Source: a virus
DNA length: 64,000 nucleotides
IMG/VR virus record: IMGVR_UViG_3300031576_000014
Coordinates: 30,583-94,582 of that record
Direction: 5' to 3' (one strand)
Shown in pieces: positions 1 through 9,170 of this stretch. Within the stretch, counting starts at the first letter, position 1; each line of letters starts with the position of its first letter. The position numbers were made by a program, and so were the translations under genes. The notes beneath the pieces were generated by a model. That model saw only the letters and a list, made by a program, of their open reading frames with translations, did no database searches and had not been told where the DNA came from.

Positions 1-90
1 GCCCGTGGGCACGACGCGGTAGCGCTGCTTGACGATCTCCGCCGCGACTGCCGCCGACGCGTCGTTCGAGGGCGCCGCCGGCGAGGTCAC
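1..90 (-). CDS. hypothetical protein, 5' part only (runs off the window)
   Basis: GTG at 88-90 overlaps the TGA of the upstream resolvase (GTGA coupling seen throughout this operon); frame open to the window edge. Confidence 0.45.
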   Translation of the reverse strand, partial: MTSPAAPSNDASAAVAAEIVKQRYRVVPTG

Positions 91-704
91 GGCCTCCGGG
101 GCAGCCTCTTTCGCTCTCCGCATCCCGCGCTCGCCTCCTGCCTGGCAGCATCCCCCTGCGCGTTCCAACCTTCAAGCGTCATCGACGGCATCCCGAGACG
201 CGCGCGCCCTGCGTTCGCGACGGCGAACGCGTCGACCTGGTCCGCCGTCCACTTCTCCCCAGGCTGGGGGAAAGCTGCGAAGAACGCGCGCTGCACCGCC
301 TCCCCGGACCTCTCGTGGGGCACTTTTCCGAGCAGCGCCTTGCGGATCGTCGGGATCGCGATCGGCCGCGCGACGATGCCCTTCTCCCGGTAGAGCGCCA
401 GCTTGATGCACCCGGTCAGCTCCGCCACGCCGCGCGCGTGCGCGAGCGCGGAACCGAAGCTGTAGTCCTCGACGAAGACGACGACGTCCGACGAGATCAG
501 GCCCACGACCGCGCGCGAGATCTCGCCCAGGCGCACGCAGCGGTCCTCCAGCGTGTGCTCCTTCGGAAGCGCGTGCGCGCAAGAAAAGACGGACACTTCC
601 TCGATACTCTTCGCGTCCCAGCTGCAAAGGACGAGCGCCGCCGCCGTCCCCCGGAGCGACACGTCGAGCCCCCAAACATCGACGGTGGCTCGGCGACGCG
701 TCAC
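87..704 (-). CDS. RuvC-like Holliday junction resolvase
   Basis: C-terminal 205 aa of ORF 87..1802: WGLDVSLRGTA (Asp1), VFVEDY (Glu), DQVDAFAVA (Asp pair); GTG start overlaps the SbcC stop. Confidence 0.8.
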   Translation of the reverse strand: MTRRRATVDVWGLDVSLRGTAAALVLCSWDAKSIEEVSVFSCAHALPKEHTLEDRCVRLGEISRAVVGLISSDVVVFVEDYSFGSALAHARGVAELTGCIKLALYREKGIVARPIAIPTIRKALLGKVPHERSGEAVQRAFFAAFPQPGEKWTADQVDAFAVANAGRARLGMPSMTLEGWNAQGDAARQEASAGCGERKRLPRRP

Positions 705-2596
705 GCGACCACCTCCGCGCGCGACCAACCGCCCTCGCTCACGATCTCGATCCGCCCGGGCAAGCCGTGCATGGTCTGGGGATCGTGCGAGACGACGAAC
801 GCCTGCTCGACCCCGCCGCGGAGCACGAGCGCGCCGAGGTGCCGCGCAAACGCCCGCCGTTTCGACGTGTCGAGCGACCCGAACGGCTCGTCGAGGACGA
901 CGACGCCCCACGGGCTCCCGCGCTCCCCGCGCAGCCAGCCCCCCGCCGCGAGCCCGACCGCTGCGCCGGCGAGGTCGTCCGCCCCGCCAGAGTCGTGCGA
1001 CCTGTTGAACTCGAGCTTCGCCACGATGTTCGGACCCCTGCCCGCACCGCAGCGCGTGCAAACCTTCGCCGTCCTCGACGACGGGAACAGCATGCCGCAC
1101 CCGTCGCACGCGTGCGCCAGCCCTTGGCCCTCGCGCGACCAGCGGACGTCGACGCGCAGGTCGATCCCTGCCTCCGCCAGCCCCGCGTTCGCATCCTCCT
1201 CGATCTCCGCCAGCGCGTCTTCCGCAATCTTCCTCTGCGCACCGTTGCGCCCGAAGACCACCGCGGCCTCTCTCATGATCTCCGCGAAAGGCCGCGACAC
1301 CTCGATCTCCTTCTCGATCTCCGCGATCCTTCTCCTGGTCTCCGCTGCGCGCGAGACCGCCACCGCAGCCTCTGCGACCGCGCTCGTGGCCGCCCGCACC
1401 TGCTCGTACGCCTCGTCGTGCGCCCGCCGCAGCGCTGCCGCGTCCCCGGCCTCCGGAACGTTCCTCGCCGCCTCGGCGGCCGGCAGCATCCCCGCGATCT
1501 GCCCCCTCAGCGCATCGCCCTTGGCCTGCTGCCGCTCCGCCGCCTGGGTCTGCGCCTGCGCGCGCCCGTGCGCGGCCAGCGCCTTCTCGTGGACCGCCTT
1601 CGCCTCCTCGTAGGCATGCTGGAAGCGCTCCGCCTCCGTCCGGCACCTTTCCCTGTTCTCCTCGATGAACGCCCGCGCCGGGCACGGCGCCGAGACGACG
1701 GGACAAAGGCCGGCGAAGTCGCCGCCCGCGATCCCGCGGAAATGGTCGCGTCTCTTCATGTGGGCGCGCATCGCTTCCCCCGTCTCGTTCGCCTCCCTCC
1801 ACCGGTCCTTCGCGTCCGCCGGCGCCTTCGCCTGCACATGCTTCGCCAGCTCCTCGGACAACCGCACGAACTCCACGCGCACGTGCCGCGCCTTCTCCCG
1901 TGCCCCGTTCTCCTCAAGGTCCGCCGCAGCGTCCGACAGCTTCGCCCGGGCATGCTTCTCGCTGACCTTGGCCGCCTCGTGGGTCTTCAGAAGGGCCCCC
2001 TGGTCCCCGTCCTGGCTCCGCAGCACCTTCAGGAGCGCCTCCTTCTCCGCCGTCCCGTCCGTCGACGCTGCGAGCTTCGCGCGCGCGATCTCCGCGCAGC
2101 GCTCGACGGGCGCGAGCGACAGCCAAGAGACGACCACCTGCGTCCGGACCTCCGGCCGCGCGACGACGAGCTGCGAGAGCTTTTTTTGCTCGAAGAAGCT
2201 CGCCGTCATGAAGTCCTCCGACGAAAGCCCGACGAGGTCGTGGATCTTCTTCTGGGCCTCGTCCTTCCAGAGAACGCGCCCGCCGTCGTGGAGGGAAAGC
2301 TTCGTCGGCTTCCCCCGCTCGCGCGAGCGGCTCAGCACCTCGCCCGTGCTCAGAAGAACGACGACGCGGCCGTGGGCCTGCCCGTTCGAGATGAGCCCGT
2401 CCTCCGTCCGGTGCCGGTGCCAGCCGTCGAACGCGAAGCGGAGAGCCTCGAGCAGGTGCGTCTTGCCGAGCCAGTTCGAACACTCCGGATCGTCCACGCT
2501 CCTCGCGACGACGCCGTGCGCGCGCGCTCCTAGCCGGAGACGGTGCTCGCCGCGGAACGGACCCCAGTTCTCGACGAGCAGCTCGCGGACGTGCAT
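701..2596 (-). CDS. SbcC/Rad50-like SMC ATPase
   Basis: MHVRELLVENWGPF start, Walker A variant SNWLGKT, Q-loop FFEQ, coiled coil with a central Cys hook, SGG signature, Walker B VVVLDEPF, VVSH. Confidence 0.9.
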   Translation of the reverse strand: MHVRELLVENWGPFRGEHRLRLGARAHGVVARSVDDPECSNWLGKTHLLEALRFAFDGWHRHRTEDGLISNGQAHGRVVVLLSTGEVLSRSRERGKPTKLSLHDGGRVLWKDEAQKKIHDLVGLSSEDFMTASFFEQKKLSQLVVARPEVRTQVVVSWLSLAPVERCAEIARAKLAASTDGTAEKEALLKVLRSQDGDQGALLKTHEAAKVSEKHARAKLSDAAADLEENGAREKARHVRVEFVRLSEELAKHVQAKAPADAKDRWREANETGEAMRAHMKRRDHFRGIAGGDFAGLCPVVSAPCPARAFIEENRERCRTEAERFQHAYEEAKAVHEKALAAHGRAQAQTQAAERQQAKGDALRGQIAGMLPAAEAARNVPEAGDAAALRRAHDEAYEQVRAATSAVAEAAVAVSRAAETRRRIAEIEKEIEVSRPFAEIMREAAVVFGRNGAQRKIAEDALAEIEEDANAGLAEAGIDLRVDVRWSREGQGLAHACDGCGMLFPSSRTAKVCTRCGAGRGPNIVAKLEFNRSHDSGGADDLAGAAVGLAAGGWLRGERGSPWGVVVLDEPFGSLDTSKRRAFARHLGALVLRGGVEQAFVVSHDPQTMHGLPGRIEIVSEGGWSRAEVVA

Positions 2597-3006
2597 CAGA
2601 GACCGGCCTCGTCCATGATCGCCTCGCACGCCTCGCGCAGCGCCTTCTTGTCCTCGAACGAGCACGCCTCGACGACCTCGAGCACGACGTCCCGCGCCCT
2701 TGCCCGCTTCTTCCGGACGCGCGCGAGCGCCTCGTCGGGAAGCCTCGCCCGCCTCCGGCGCAGAACCCGTATCTCCCCCTCCGCGCCCATCTTCCGGGCC
2801 CACGCCCGCACGGCCTCGACCTGCTCGTCCGCGACGTCCGGGGGCGCGCGCACACGCACGAGCGCGCCCGCCGTCATCTGGTCGAACGCCATGTCTCCGT
2901 CCCAGACCGGACTGTCCTCGCCGATCGTCACGAGCCGCCTCGTCTCGACAGGGAAGAACTCCGTCTTCGGGACGAGCCGGATCGCGGGGTTTCTCCGGCG
3001 CGTCAA
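2596..3006 (-). CDS. hypothetical protein, possibly the separated C-terminal domain of SbcD/Mre11
   Basis: Coupled between the SbcD nuclease domain and SbcC; alpha/beta pattern (ALVRVRAP) followed by a helical tail. Confidence 0.55.
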   Translation of the reverse strand: MTRRRNPAIRLVPKTEFFPVETRRLVTIGEDSPVWDGDMAFDQMTAGALVRVRAPPDVADEQVEAVRAWARKMGAEGEIRVLRRRRARLPDEALARVRKKRARARDVVLEVVEACSFEDKKALREACEAIMDEAGL

Positions 3007-3722
3007 GCGACCTCGGAGACGATGAAGCCCGGATCGTTCCCTTCCTCCGCGAACGTCAACCGCACGAGGGAGCCCGGGATCTCGATTCCGTCCGGCGTCG
3101 TCTGCCGGCGGTGGTAGTGCCCGTTGATCATGAGACGCGCCTTGCCGCGAAGCTGCTCGACGGGAAAGAGCACCTCCCGCCCGCGGGGCATCTCCGCCGT
3201 CTCCTCCCCCGGGATCACGCCCGGGACGTGCAGGTGTCCTAAGACGACCAGCGGCAGCTCAGAGCTTTCCTTCACCGCGGCCGCCGCCGCCGCCGCCGGA
3301 TCGTAGGCGCAGGACCGCGCGGTGTACGGAAGCGTCAAGAACCTGGTGCTCCTCCAGACGAAGCTCTCCGCCTTCTCGAAAACCCCCGTCAGCCCTGCGC
3401 ACGAGCCCAGCGAGCAGAGCGGCTCGAGCGTGGTCCTTCCCCGCCCGTCCTCGATCACGTCGTGGTTGCCCGCCACCCAGAACGACATGATGCCCCGGGA
3501 CCGAAGCTCGCGCGCGGCGTCGAGCGCGAGCGCGACGCACCGGAAGACCGAGGACCCGGAGTCCGGGTCGCAGAGGTCGCCCGTCATCGCGTAGAGGTCG
3601 ACCTTCCTGTCGACCGCCTCCTTGACCGTCTGCTCGACGGCGCGCGCGACGTCGTCGAAGCGGTCGACGCCCCGCGTGCTCCAGTCGGCGTGCCAATCGC
3701 TACAGGTCAGGATGCGGAGCAC
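3003..3722 (-). CDS. SbcD/Mre11-like metallophosphoesterase nuclease
   Basis: Motifs SDWH, TGDL, GNHD, GHLH, GHYH. Confidence 0.9.
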   Translation of the reverse strand: MLRILTCSDWHADWSTRGVDRFDDVARAVEQTVKEAVDRKVDLYAMTGDLCDPDSGSSVFRCVALALDAARELRSRGIMSFWVAGNHDVIEDGRGRTTLEPLCSLGSCAGLTGVFEKAESFVWRSTRFLTLPYTARSCAYDPAAAAAAAVKESSELPLVVLGHLHVPGVIPGEETAEMPRGREVLFPVEQLRGKARLMINGHYHRRQTTPDGIEIPGSLVRLTFAEEGNDPGFIVSEVA

Positions 3723-3735
3723 GCGTTCCCCGGCT

Positions 3736-4071
3736 TCATGGTCTCATCCCGTGCCGCCCGAGCAGCTCGAGCAGCAGGAGCCTGTCCGTCGAGTTCCACG
3801 CGTTGCGGCGCAGCGACTCGACGGCGTGGCGCGGCGGCGTCTGCACGCGATCCCAATCGTCCAGCGTGAACCCCGGGGCCCGCGCGTACACCCTGACCGG
3901 CCCGTCCTGCTCGTCCCTGCGAACAGCGGTCAAAAGGTCGCCGCTCGACCGTTCCGAGAACACCTCGTAACGGAACCTCCGGTGGCCGCGCAACGCCTGG
4001 AAACTGTCGGGCCACTCGCGCCACCACGGCGAAACGGCCAACAGCCTGCAACCCTCGAACGCGCGGGTCAC
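3736..4071 (-). CDS. hypothetical protein
   Basis: Fills the operon gap; GTGA coupling to the upstream MTase. Confidence 0.55.
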   Translation of the reverse strand: MTRAFEGCRLLAVSPWWREWPDSFQALRGHRRFRYEVFSERSSGDLLTAVRRDEQDGPVRVYARAPGFTLDDWDRVQTPPRHAVESLRRNAWNSTDRLLLLELLGRHGMRP

Positions 4072-4697
4072 GCCTCGCACTCCGCCTGCACCAGCGGCAG
4101 CCGCGTCCAGGTCCCCGCCTTCGCGTCCGGGCCCCAGAAATACCAGGAGTAGGCCGTCGCGTCGTGCTTCCCGTCACCCGTGAACGACGGCCGCTTGTCG
4201 AGCATGCCCAGCTCCGGCGGATGCTTGGCGAGGAACCGGGCCCTCTCCTGGATGCGCGGGTACTTCGACCACGGGCAGGATTCCATCCAGCCCGTGCGGC
4301 AGAGCATCGCCACCGTCTTGGCGATCTCCATCGCCCGCGCGGCGAACTCGCGCGCAAGCTCGAACGGCGGGTTGAAGATCGCGTAGTCGTAGGAGCCCGC
4401 GAGGCGTGCGCGGTCGAGGACGTCGCCCCGGAGAACGTGCCAGTCCCCGTTGATGCTCTGCATCTTCTTCTCCGCCGCGTCGGCCAACCTGGGTTGAAGT
4501 TCGACCCCTGTGATGATCGCCGACGGGACGAAGCGGAGAACCTCCGCCATGACGGCGCCCCCTCCGCAACCGAGATCGATCATCCTTGGCCCGTTGTCCC
4601 GCATGTCGAGGCGTCCGAGCGCCGCGCGCGTGCACCAGCCCGGCGTCGCGTAATGCCCGCCCTTCCTGCTCCTCTCCCCCCTGCCCCTCGCGCTCAT
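4068..4697 (-). CDS. DNA amino-methyltransferase (N6-adenine type)
   Basis: YATP, SAM-binding IDLGCGGG, GVEL, catalytic NPPF; ATGA overlap with the recA stop. Confidence 0.85.
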   Translation of the reverse strand: MSARGRGERSRKGGHYATPGWCTRAALGRLDMRDNGPRMIDLGCGGGAVMAEVLRFVPSAIITGVELQPRLADAAEKKMQSINGDWHVLRGDVLDRARLAGSYDYAIFNPPFELAREFAARAMEIAKTVAMLCRTGWMESCPWSKYPRIQERARFLAKHPPELGMLDKRPSFTGDGKHDATAYSWYFWGPDAKAGTWTRLPLVQAECEA

Positions 4698-5854
4698 GCC
4701 TTCTCCCTCTCGTCGCTCTCCGCGCAGCGCTGCCGGATCTCCGCGACGATCTCCGCCAAAATCTCCGGCTCCCCGCGCATCGCCTCGACGAACACCGCCT
4801 CCGTCCTCCAACGCTTGCCGCCCTTCTTCCAGGCGACGGACGAGCCCGAGCGCTCGACCACGCGCATGCGCTGCCCGAAGTCGGCCGCGTCGCGCGCGAG
4901 GTCGAAGGCCGGCGGCGAGAGCTGCGAGTGGAAGTAGGTCACCACGTTCCGCTCGTCCCGCTCCGCGATCTTCGTCTTCTTCACGGTCAGGCGGTGCCGC
5001 TCGCCGACCGTCGCCAGCGTGCCGGCGTCCTTGCTTCCGGTCGTGACGTACGCGTCGCGCTCGACGCGCACGAGCAGGCTCGACTCGTAGACGACCGACC
5101 TGCCTCCCCCGATCCTGTAATCGTTGCCGAACTTCCTCGTCCACGCGTCCGCGTCCGGGTCCTCGTACTCGCGCGTCACGGCGATCCAGGTGCAGCCCGT
5201 GCGCTCCATCAGGGGGACAAGCTCGTCGTACCACTCGGAGTTGAGCTTCGCGCGGAGCTGGCCAGCGCGGCCCCCCAGCACCCGCCCGCCTTTTTTCTTG
5301 TCGTCCTTCCCCTCCTCCTTCTGGAGACGCTTCATCAGGTCCTTCGGCACAAGCTTGCGCAGCGAGTCGACCACGACGATCCCTGTCGCGTCTGCCGGAA
5401 CCTGCCGAGCGTCCCGCATGCGCGCGACCGTCTCGCAGAACTCCCGCACCCGCTCGACGCACGCCTCGTAGCTCTCCGGCCGGATCGCGAGGAAGCGGTC
5501 GCTCTCGGCGAGATCGCCGAAGAGCTGCCGGACCCAGGTGATCGGCGTCGTCCGCTCCGCGTCGACGAGGAGCGCGAAGTGGCCCTGCGCGAGGAACGAG
5601 TAGACGAGCCCGAGCATCATCAGCGTCTTCCCCTCCGCAGAGGGTCCGTGGATCGCGCAGCACCGCTCGAGCGGCCAACCGCCGACGCCGAGGGCGTGGT
5701 CGACCTGCGGCCAGATCGTGCGGACGGCTCGCACGACCGTCAAGGCGTCGCGCGCGGTCCTCAAGCGCGCGAACCCCGAAGCGGCGGCTCCCAAAGCCGC
5801 GCTCGTTTTCCCGCGCGCCGCTCGCATCTCCGCCGTCAACTTCCGTCTGGCCAT
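4694..5854 (-). CDS. RecA/UvsX-like recombinase
   Basis: VDHALGVGGWP, Walker A GPSAEGKT, VDAE, Walker B VVVDSL, GGRSVVYES, KKTK. Confidence 0.9.
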   Translation of the reverse strand: MARRKLTAEMRAARGKTSAALGAAASGFARLRTARDALTVVRAVRTIWPQVDHALGVGGWPLERCCAIHGPSAEGKTLMMLGLVYSFLAQGHFALLVDAERTTPITWVRQLFGDLAESDRFLAIRPESYEACVERVREFCETVARMRDARQVPADATGIVVVDSLRKLVPKDLMKRLQKEEGKDDKKKGGRVLGGRAGQLRAKLNSEWYDELVPLMERTGCTWIAVTREYEDPDADAWTRKFGNDYRIGGGRSVVYESSLLVRVERDAYVTTGSKDAGTLATVGERHRLTVKKTKIAERDERNVVTYFHSQLSPPAFDLARDAADFGQRMRVVERSGSSVAWKKGGKRWRTEAVFVEAMRGEPEILAEIVAEIRQRCAESDEREKA

Positions 5855-5858
5855 CGGT

Positions 5859-6326
5859 TCATCTCGAATATTTTCGATGCTCGAGTCCGTGACAGCGAGT
5901 GCAAAGCCATCGGACGTCGAGCGGCTTGCTGTAATCGTGATGGTGAGCCTGCGCCTTCTTCTTCCCGCATTTCTGGCAGGGTTTCTTCTTGATTCGTCCG
6001 CACTCTACCGCATGCCCGAGAACGACTCGTGCCTTGCGCCGCTCCGGATAGCGTGCGTGATGCTCGCGGTGATAGCGCGCAAAACGTTCTGGATCGCGGT
6101 GCCGCGCATTCTTCTGATAGCGCGACACAGCTCGGCGCCGCACTGGTCGATCCTGACGTTCGCTTTCGTATTGTTTTCGATTCGCGCTCCGGTTGATTAC
6201 GTGCACGTCTTTCTTCGTGCACTCTTTGCACTTGCCGAGATGCCCATCCGCCATCTGCGGATGCTTGTAAAACGCGCTGAGAGAAAGAACTTTCCCACAC
6301 TTGAAACATTGCTTCCGCCTTCGCAT
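5859..6326 (-). CDS. HNH-family (homing) endonuclease
   Basis: N-terminal CxxC..CxxC, C-terminal CQKCG...HHHDYSKPLDVRWLCTRCH; visibly lower GC than its neighbours. Confidence 0.8.
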   Translation of the reverse strand: MRRRKQCFKCGKVLSLSAFYKHPQMADGHLGKCKECTKKDVHVINRSANRKQYESERQDRPVRRRAVSRYQKNARHRDPERFARYHREHHARYPERRKARVVLGHAVECGRIKKKPCQKCGKKKAQAHHHDYSKPLDVRWLCTRCHGLEHRKYSR

Positions 6327-6424
6327 TCCACAAGCGAATCATGAGATAAAACCCTTGTCTAGAAAGGAATTATCAAAACGGGATGTCGTCCCCGCGATCG
6401 ACCGTGCCTGGTGGTGGACGTTCG

Positions 6425-7636
6425 TCACCTGCGCCCGCTTTTTTTGCCGTCCTTCTTGGACGCCACCTCTTTTTCCGACGCCGGTGCGTCCTCGTCGACC
6501 TCGTACTCGCACCCGCAGCGCGGGCACTTGTCCATCTTCGGATGCATCGGCTCGTTGCAGTCGTCGCACGGGATCCACCCTGTCTTGTCCTCCTCCCCTT
6601 TCGGCTTCTCCGCTTTCTTGCGGCCGGAGCGGGCGCGGTCCTGCCTCTCCTCTTCGCCGCCGCCGCGGCGCTCGACTTCTCTGTCGTGCTCCCTCTTCGC
6701 AGCCACCTTCCTGAAAAGCTTCTCCCAGGGAAAATCGACGACCGCGTACTTCTCCATCACGGCGCGGAGCGTTGCCTGGTTCATCGGTTCGAGGAAGACG
6801 GACAGGTCCGGGGGCTCTCCCCGGATCAGCTTCTCGATCTCCGGCGTGATCTTCGCGCGCTCGTACGGCCGCGCATGGTAGCGCTTGTTGAACGCGATCC
6901 CCTTCGACCCGTCGTACGTCAGCTCGATCGCGTACGGCCGGATCATCGGGTTGCCATCCTCCTCGCGGTCGAGCGTCGCCATCCGGTCGCTGATGACCGT
7001 CTTGATCTTGTCGCCCACGTCCTGCGGCTGGATCGCGATCTGGACGCCGTCGCTCGCCTTCTCGTTGTTGACCACGGTCATCGCGTACTGGAGCTTCGCC
7101 ATGCCGTTCTCGCGCCAGGCCTCGCTCGGGCGTATCCCGTGCTCCTTCAGGTCCTCCTCCTCCTCCTCGTCCAGCTCCCGCCCGAAGAGCGCGAGCATCC
7201 CGCCGGCGTGCAGCGTGACGTTGTCGTCGTCGCTCGTCGCCCCCGTGAACTCGAAGACCGGGTCCGTCCAGGCGAGATCGCCCGCCTCGACCGCCACGGA
7301 GAGGTGCTCGAGCAAGAAGCACATCCCGCACTCCTGCGGCCTCTCCTTCCGGCTCCCGTCGTCGTGCGTCTTGTACTGCCTGCGGAGCACCTGCTCGTTC
7401 TCCGGGCAGTTGTGCACCAACGAAACCCAGCGGACCGTTGTTTTCCCCCTCTCTTCCTTGACGATTTGCTTCGGAAACCGGTGGCCCCACTTCGCCACCG
7501 GGAACCGCTTCGTGTGCAGCCAGACGACGATGCGTCCGTCGTCCTTCCAGTCCTCCAGCAGATCCCCTCCTCCGCGCTCGACGCCGCGGTGCTTGAGGAA
7601 GTCGTCGATAGAGTTGAACTCTCCCCTGTCTGCCAT
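6425..7636 (-). CDS. putative single-stranded DNA-binding protein (gp32-like) with C-terminal zinc ribbon
   Basis: Lies between polymerase and recA; HNC...CGMC metal motif, charged linker, CDDC/CPRC ribbon. Confidence 0.5.
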   Translation of the reverse strand: MADRGEFNSIDDFLKHRGVERGGGDLLEDWKDDGRIVVWLHTKRFPVAKWGHRFPKQIVKEERGKTTVRWVSLVHNCPENEQVLRRQYKTHDDGSRKERPQECGMCFLLEHLSVAVEAGDLAWTDPVFEFTGATSDDDNVTLHAGGMLALFGRELDEEEEEDLKEHGIRPSEAWRENGMAKLQYAMTVVNNEKASDGVQIAIQPQDVGDKIKTVISDRMATLDREEDGNPMIRPYAIELTYDGSKGIAFNKRYHARPYERAKITPEIEKLIRGEPPDLSVFLEPMNQATLRAVMEKYAVVDFPWEKLFRKVAAKREHDREVERRGGGEEERQDRARSGRKKAEKPKGEEDKTGWIPCDDCNEPMHPKMDKCPRCGCEYEVDEDAPASEKEVASKKDGKKSGRR

Positions 7637-7706
7637 CTGCTTTTTCTCCCGCGCCTCTAGTTCGATCTAGGGGGTCCTTGGGGCCCTCGAAGTCACAGAT
7701 GCCGCC

Positions 7707-8069
7707 CTATCGGCGTCCCGGGGGCCTCAGCGGACGGTTCTTGAGCACCTCCGGGGTCGGGACCTCCTTCCCCCTCGGAGGCTTCTCGCTCCACCAAGCC
7801 GGCGGAGCCGGGTCGATCTCCCGCTGCCCGCGCGTCCGCTCGACGAACCAGGCGTGGACGACGAGGTTGCCGGCGGTGCCCTTCCCGAAAACCTCCGAGT
7901 CGTCGTGCAGGGCGCTCTTCGGGATCCAGCGGACGTCGTCGTGGCGCTCGCGCGAGCGCGGAACGACCCTCAGGTCCGGCCCGCTCGCCAGGATCGCTTC
8001 CTCCGTCTCGACCGCGCACTCGCACCCGGGAAAGACGTAGACCGGTGCGTCGTCAGACGCACGGCTCAT
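7707..8069 (-). CDS. hypothetical protein
   Basis: Normal composition; ETEEAIL...WIPKS...GNLVVHAWF pattern typical of small phage beta proteins. Confidence 0.65.
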   Translation of the reverse strand: MSRASDDAPVYVFPGCECAVETEEAILASGPDLRVVPRSRERHDDVRWIPKSALHDDSEVFGKGTAGNLVVHAWFVERTRGQREIDPAPPAWWSEKPPRGKEVPTPEVLKNRPLRPPGRR

Positions 8070-8388
8070 TCTTCACCAGACCCGCCAAAGGATCCCCTTC
8101 GCCTGCCTCGACCGCCCGGGAACGCCACGTCTCTGATTCGACGATGTAGTTCGCACAGACCAGCGCGGCCTCTTCGTCGTGCGGCTTGAACGCGACCTCC
8201 GCGATCGCCCTCCGCTGCACCGCCATGTAGCGGTTCGACGGACGCTTGTCGCTCTCCTGACCCGGTCGATACTCCTTCCAGACCGCGCGCCGGAGCAGGG
8301 CCGGCACGCGGTACCAGTGGTTCTTGCACATGAACATGTGCGGCGGGATCTCCTTCGCGCACCCGTGAGCGTGGCAAGCGTGCCTCAA
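8053..8388 (-). CDS. Cys/His-rich hypothetical protein
   Basis: HACHAHGC...MCKNHW; TTG start coupled to the upstream stop. Confidence 0.65.
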   Translation of the reverse strand: MRHACHAHGCAKEIPPHMFMCKNHWYRVPALLRRAVWKEYRPGQESDKRPSNRYMAVQRRAIAEVAFKPHDEEAALVCANYIVESETWRSRAVEAGEGDPLAGLVKNEPCV

Positions 8389-9170
8389 CGGCGGCCCGCC
8401 ATCGTGTTCAGGGAACGGCACCGGCTCTCCCATGCCTCGACGAGATGCTTGAGCGATTCGACCGTCGCCTTCGCGCGCGAGCGGGAGCGCTCCTGCGAGC
8501 GGTACTCGTCCGGGAAAAGCTCGGCGCACTTCATCTCGACGTCCTTGTCCGTGATCGTCTTGTTGCGCCGGCCCGCCTCCTTCTCCGCCTGGAGGAGCTT
8601 CGTCGACTCCGCCCAGAGCGTCGCGAAGACGACGTTGTTCTCCCTCTCGTAGTCCTCCTGCACGACCTTCGCCGTCACGTAGAGCTTGTTCGCCTGCCGC
8701 GAGTTCTTCTCCGCCTCGTCGAGCGCGCGCAGGACGAGCCCGTGCTCCGTCCGCCCGTCGCCCAGCTTGAGGATCTTCTCGAGCCGCTCCCAGACCTTCG
8801 GGATCTCCGCGTCCTGGAGAAAGATGCGCTCGACCGCGTACGCGAACCCTCCTGGCAGCGGAACCTTCTTCGGCGCGTTCGCGCTCTCCCAGACGAGGGC
8901 GCGCGTCGACTCCGCGCGGTCCTTCTCCTCCCGCTTCGCTCCGCTCTCGAGCGCGCGCCCCAGGTCCGCGCTCGTCTCGTCCACCTTCTTCTTCTTGTCG
9001 CCCATCTCACGGTGAAGCCTCGACGCCTCCTCGTCGCAGCGGGGACAGTACTCCGCATAGTCGATCTTGTGGCGCTCGCAGAAGCGGTCGAGCGGTGTTG
9101 TTTCCGTCGAAGACGCCGGCGGGGCCGGGTCGATGATCTGAGCCGCGGCCACCGCCTTTTTCCTTCTCAC
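8385..9170 (-). CDS. coiled-coil protein, possibly a UvsY-like recombination mediator
   Basis: Helical and charged, directly downstream of the polymerase; function inferred from context only. Confidence 0.5.
   Translation of the reverse strand: MRRKKAVAAAQIIDPAPPASSTETTPLDRFCERHKIDYAEYCPRCDEEASRLHREMGDKKKKVDETSADLGRALESGAKREEKDRAESTRALVWESANAPKKVPLPGGFAYAVERIFLQDAEIPKVWERLEKILKLGDGRTEHGLVLRALDEAEKNSRQANKLYVTAKVVQEDYERENNVVFATLWAESTKLLQAEKEAGRRNKTITDKDVEMKCAELFPDEYRSQERSRSRAKATVESLKHLVEAWESRCRSLNTMAGRR

Noticed and set aside
87-1802. Long N-terminal extensions on ORF-track calls (87..1802, 4068..5678, 11803..13578, 14427..15905, 43970..45154, 51176..52243)
   Set aside because: These are R/G-rich off-frame text overlapping upstream genes. 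The true starts are the coupled ATG/GTG codons used above.
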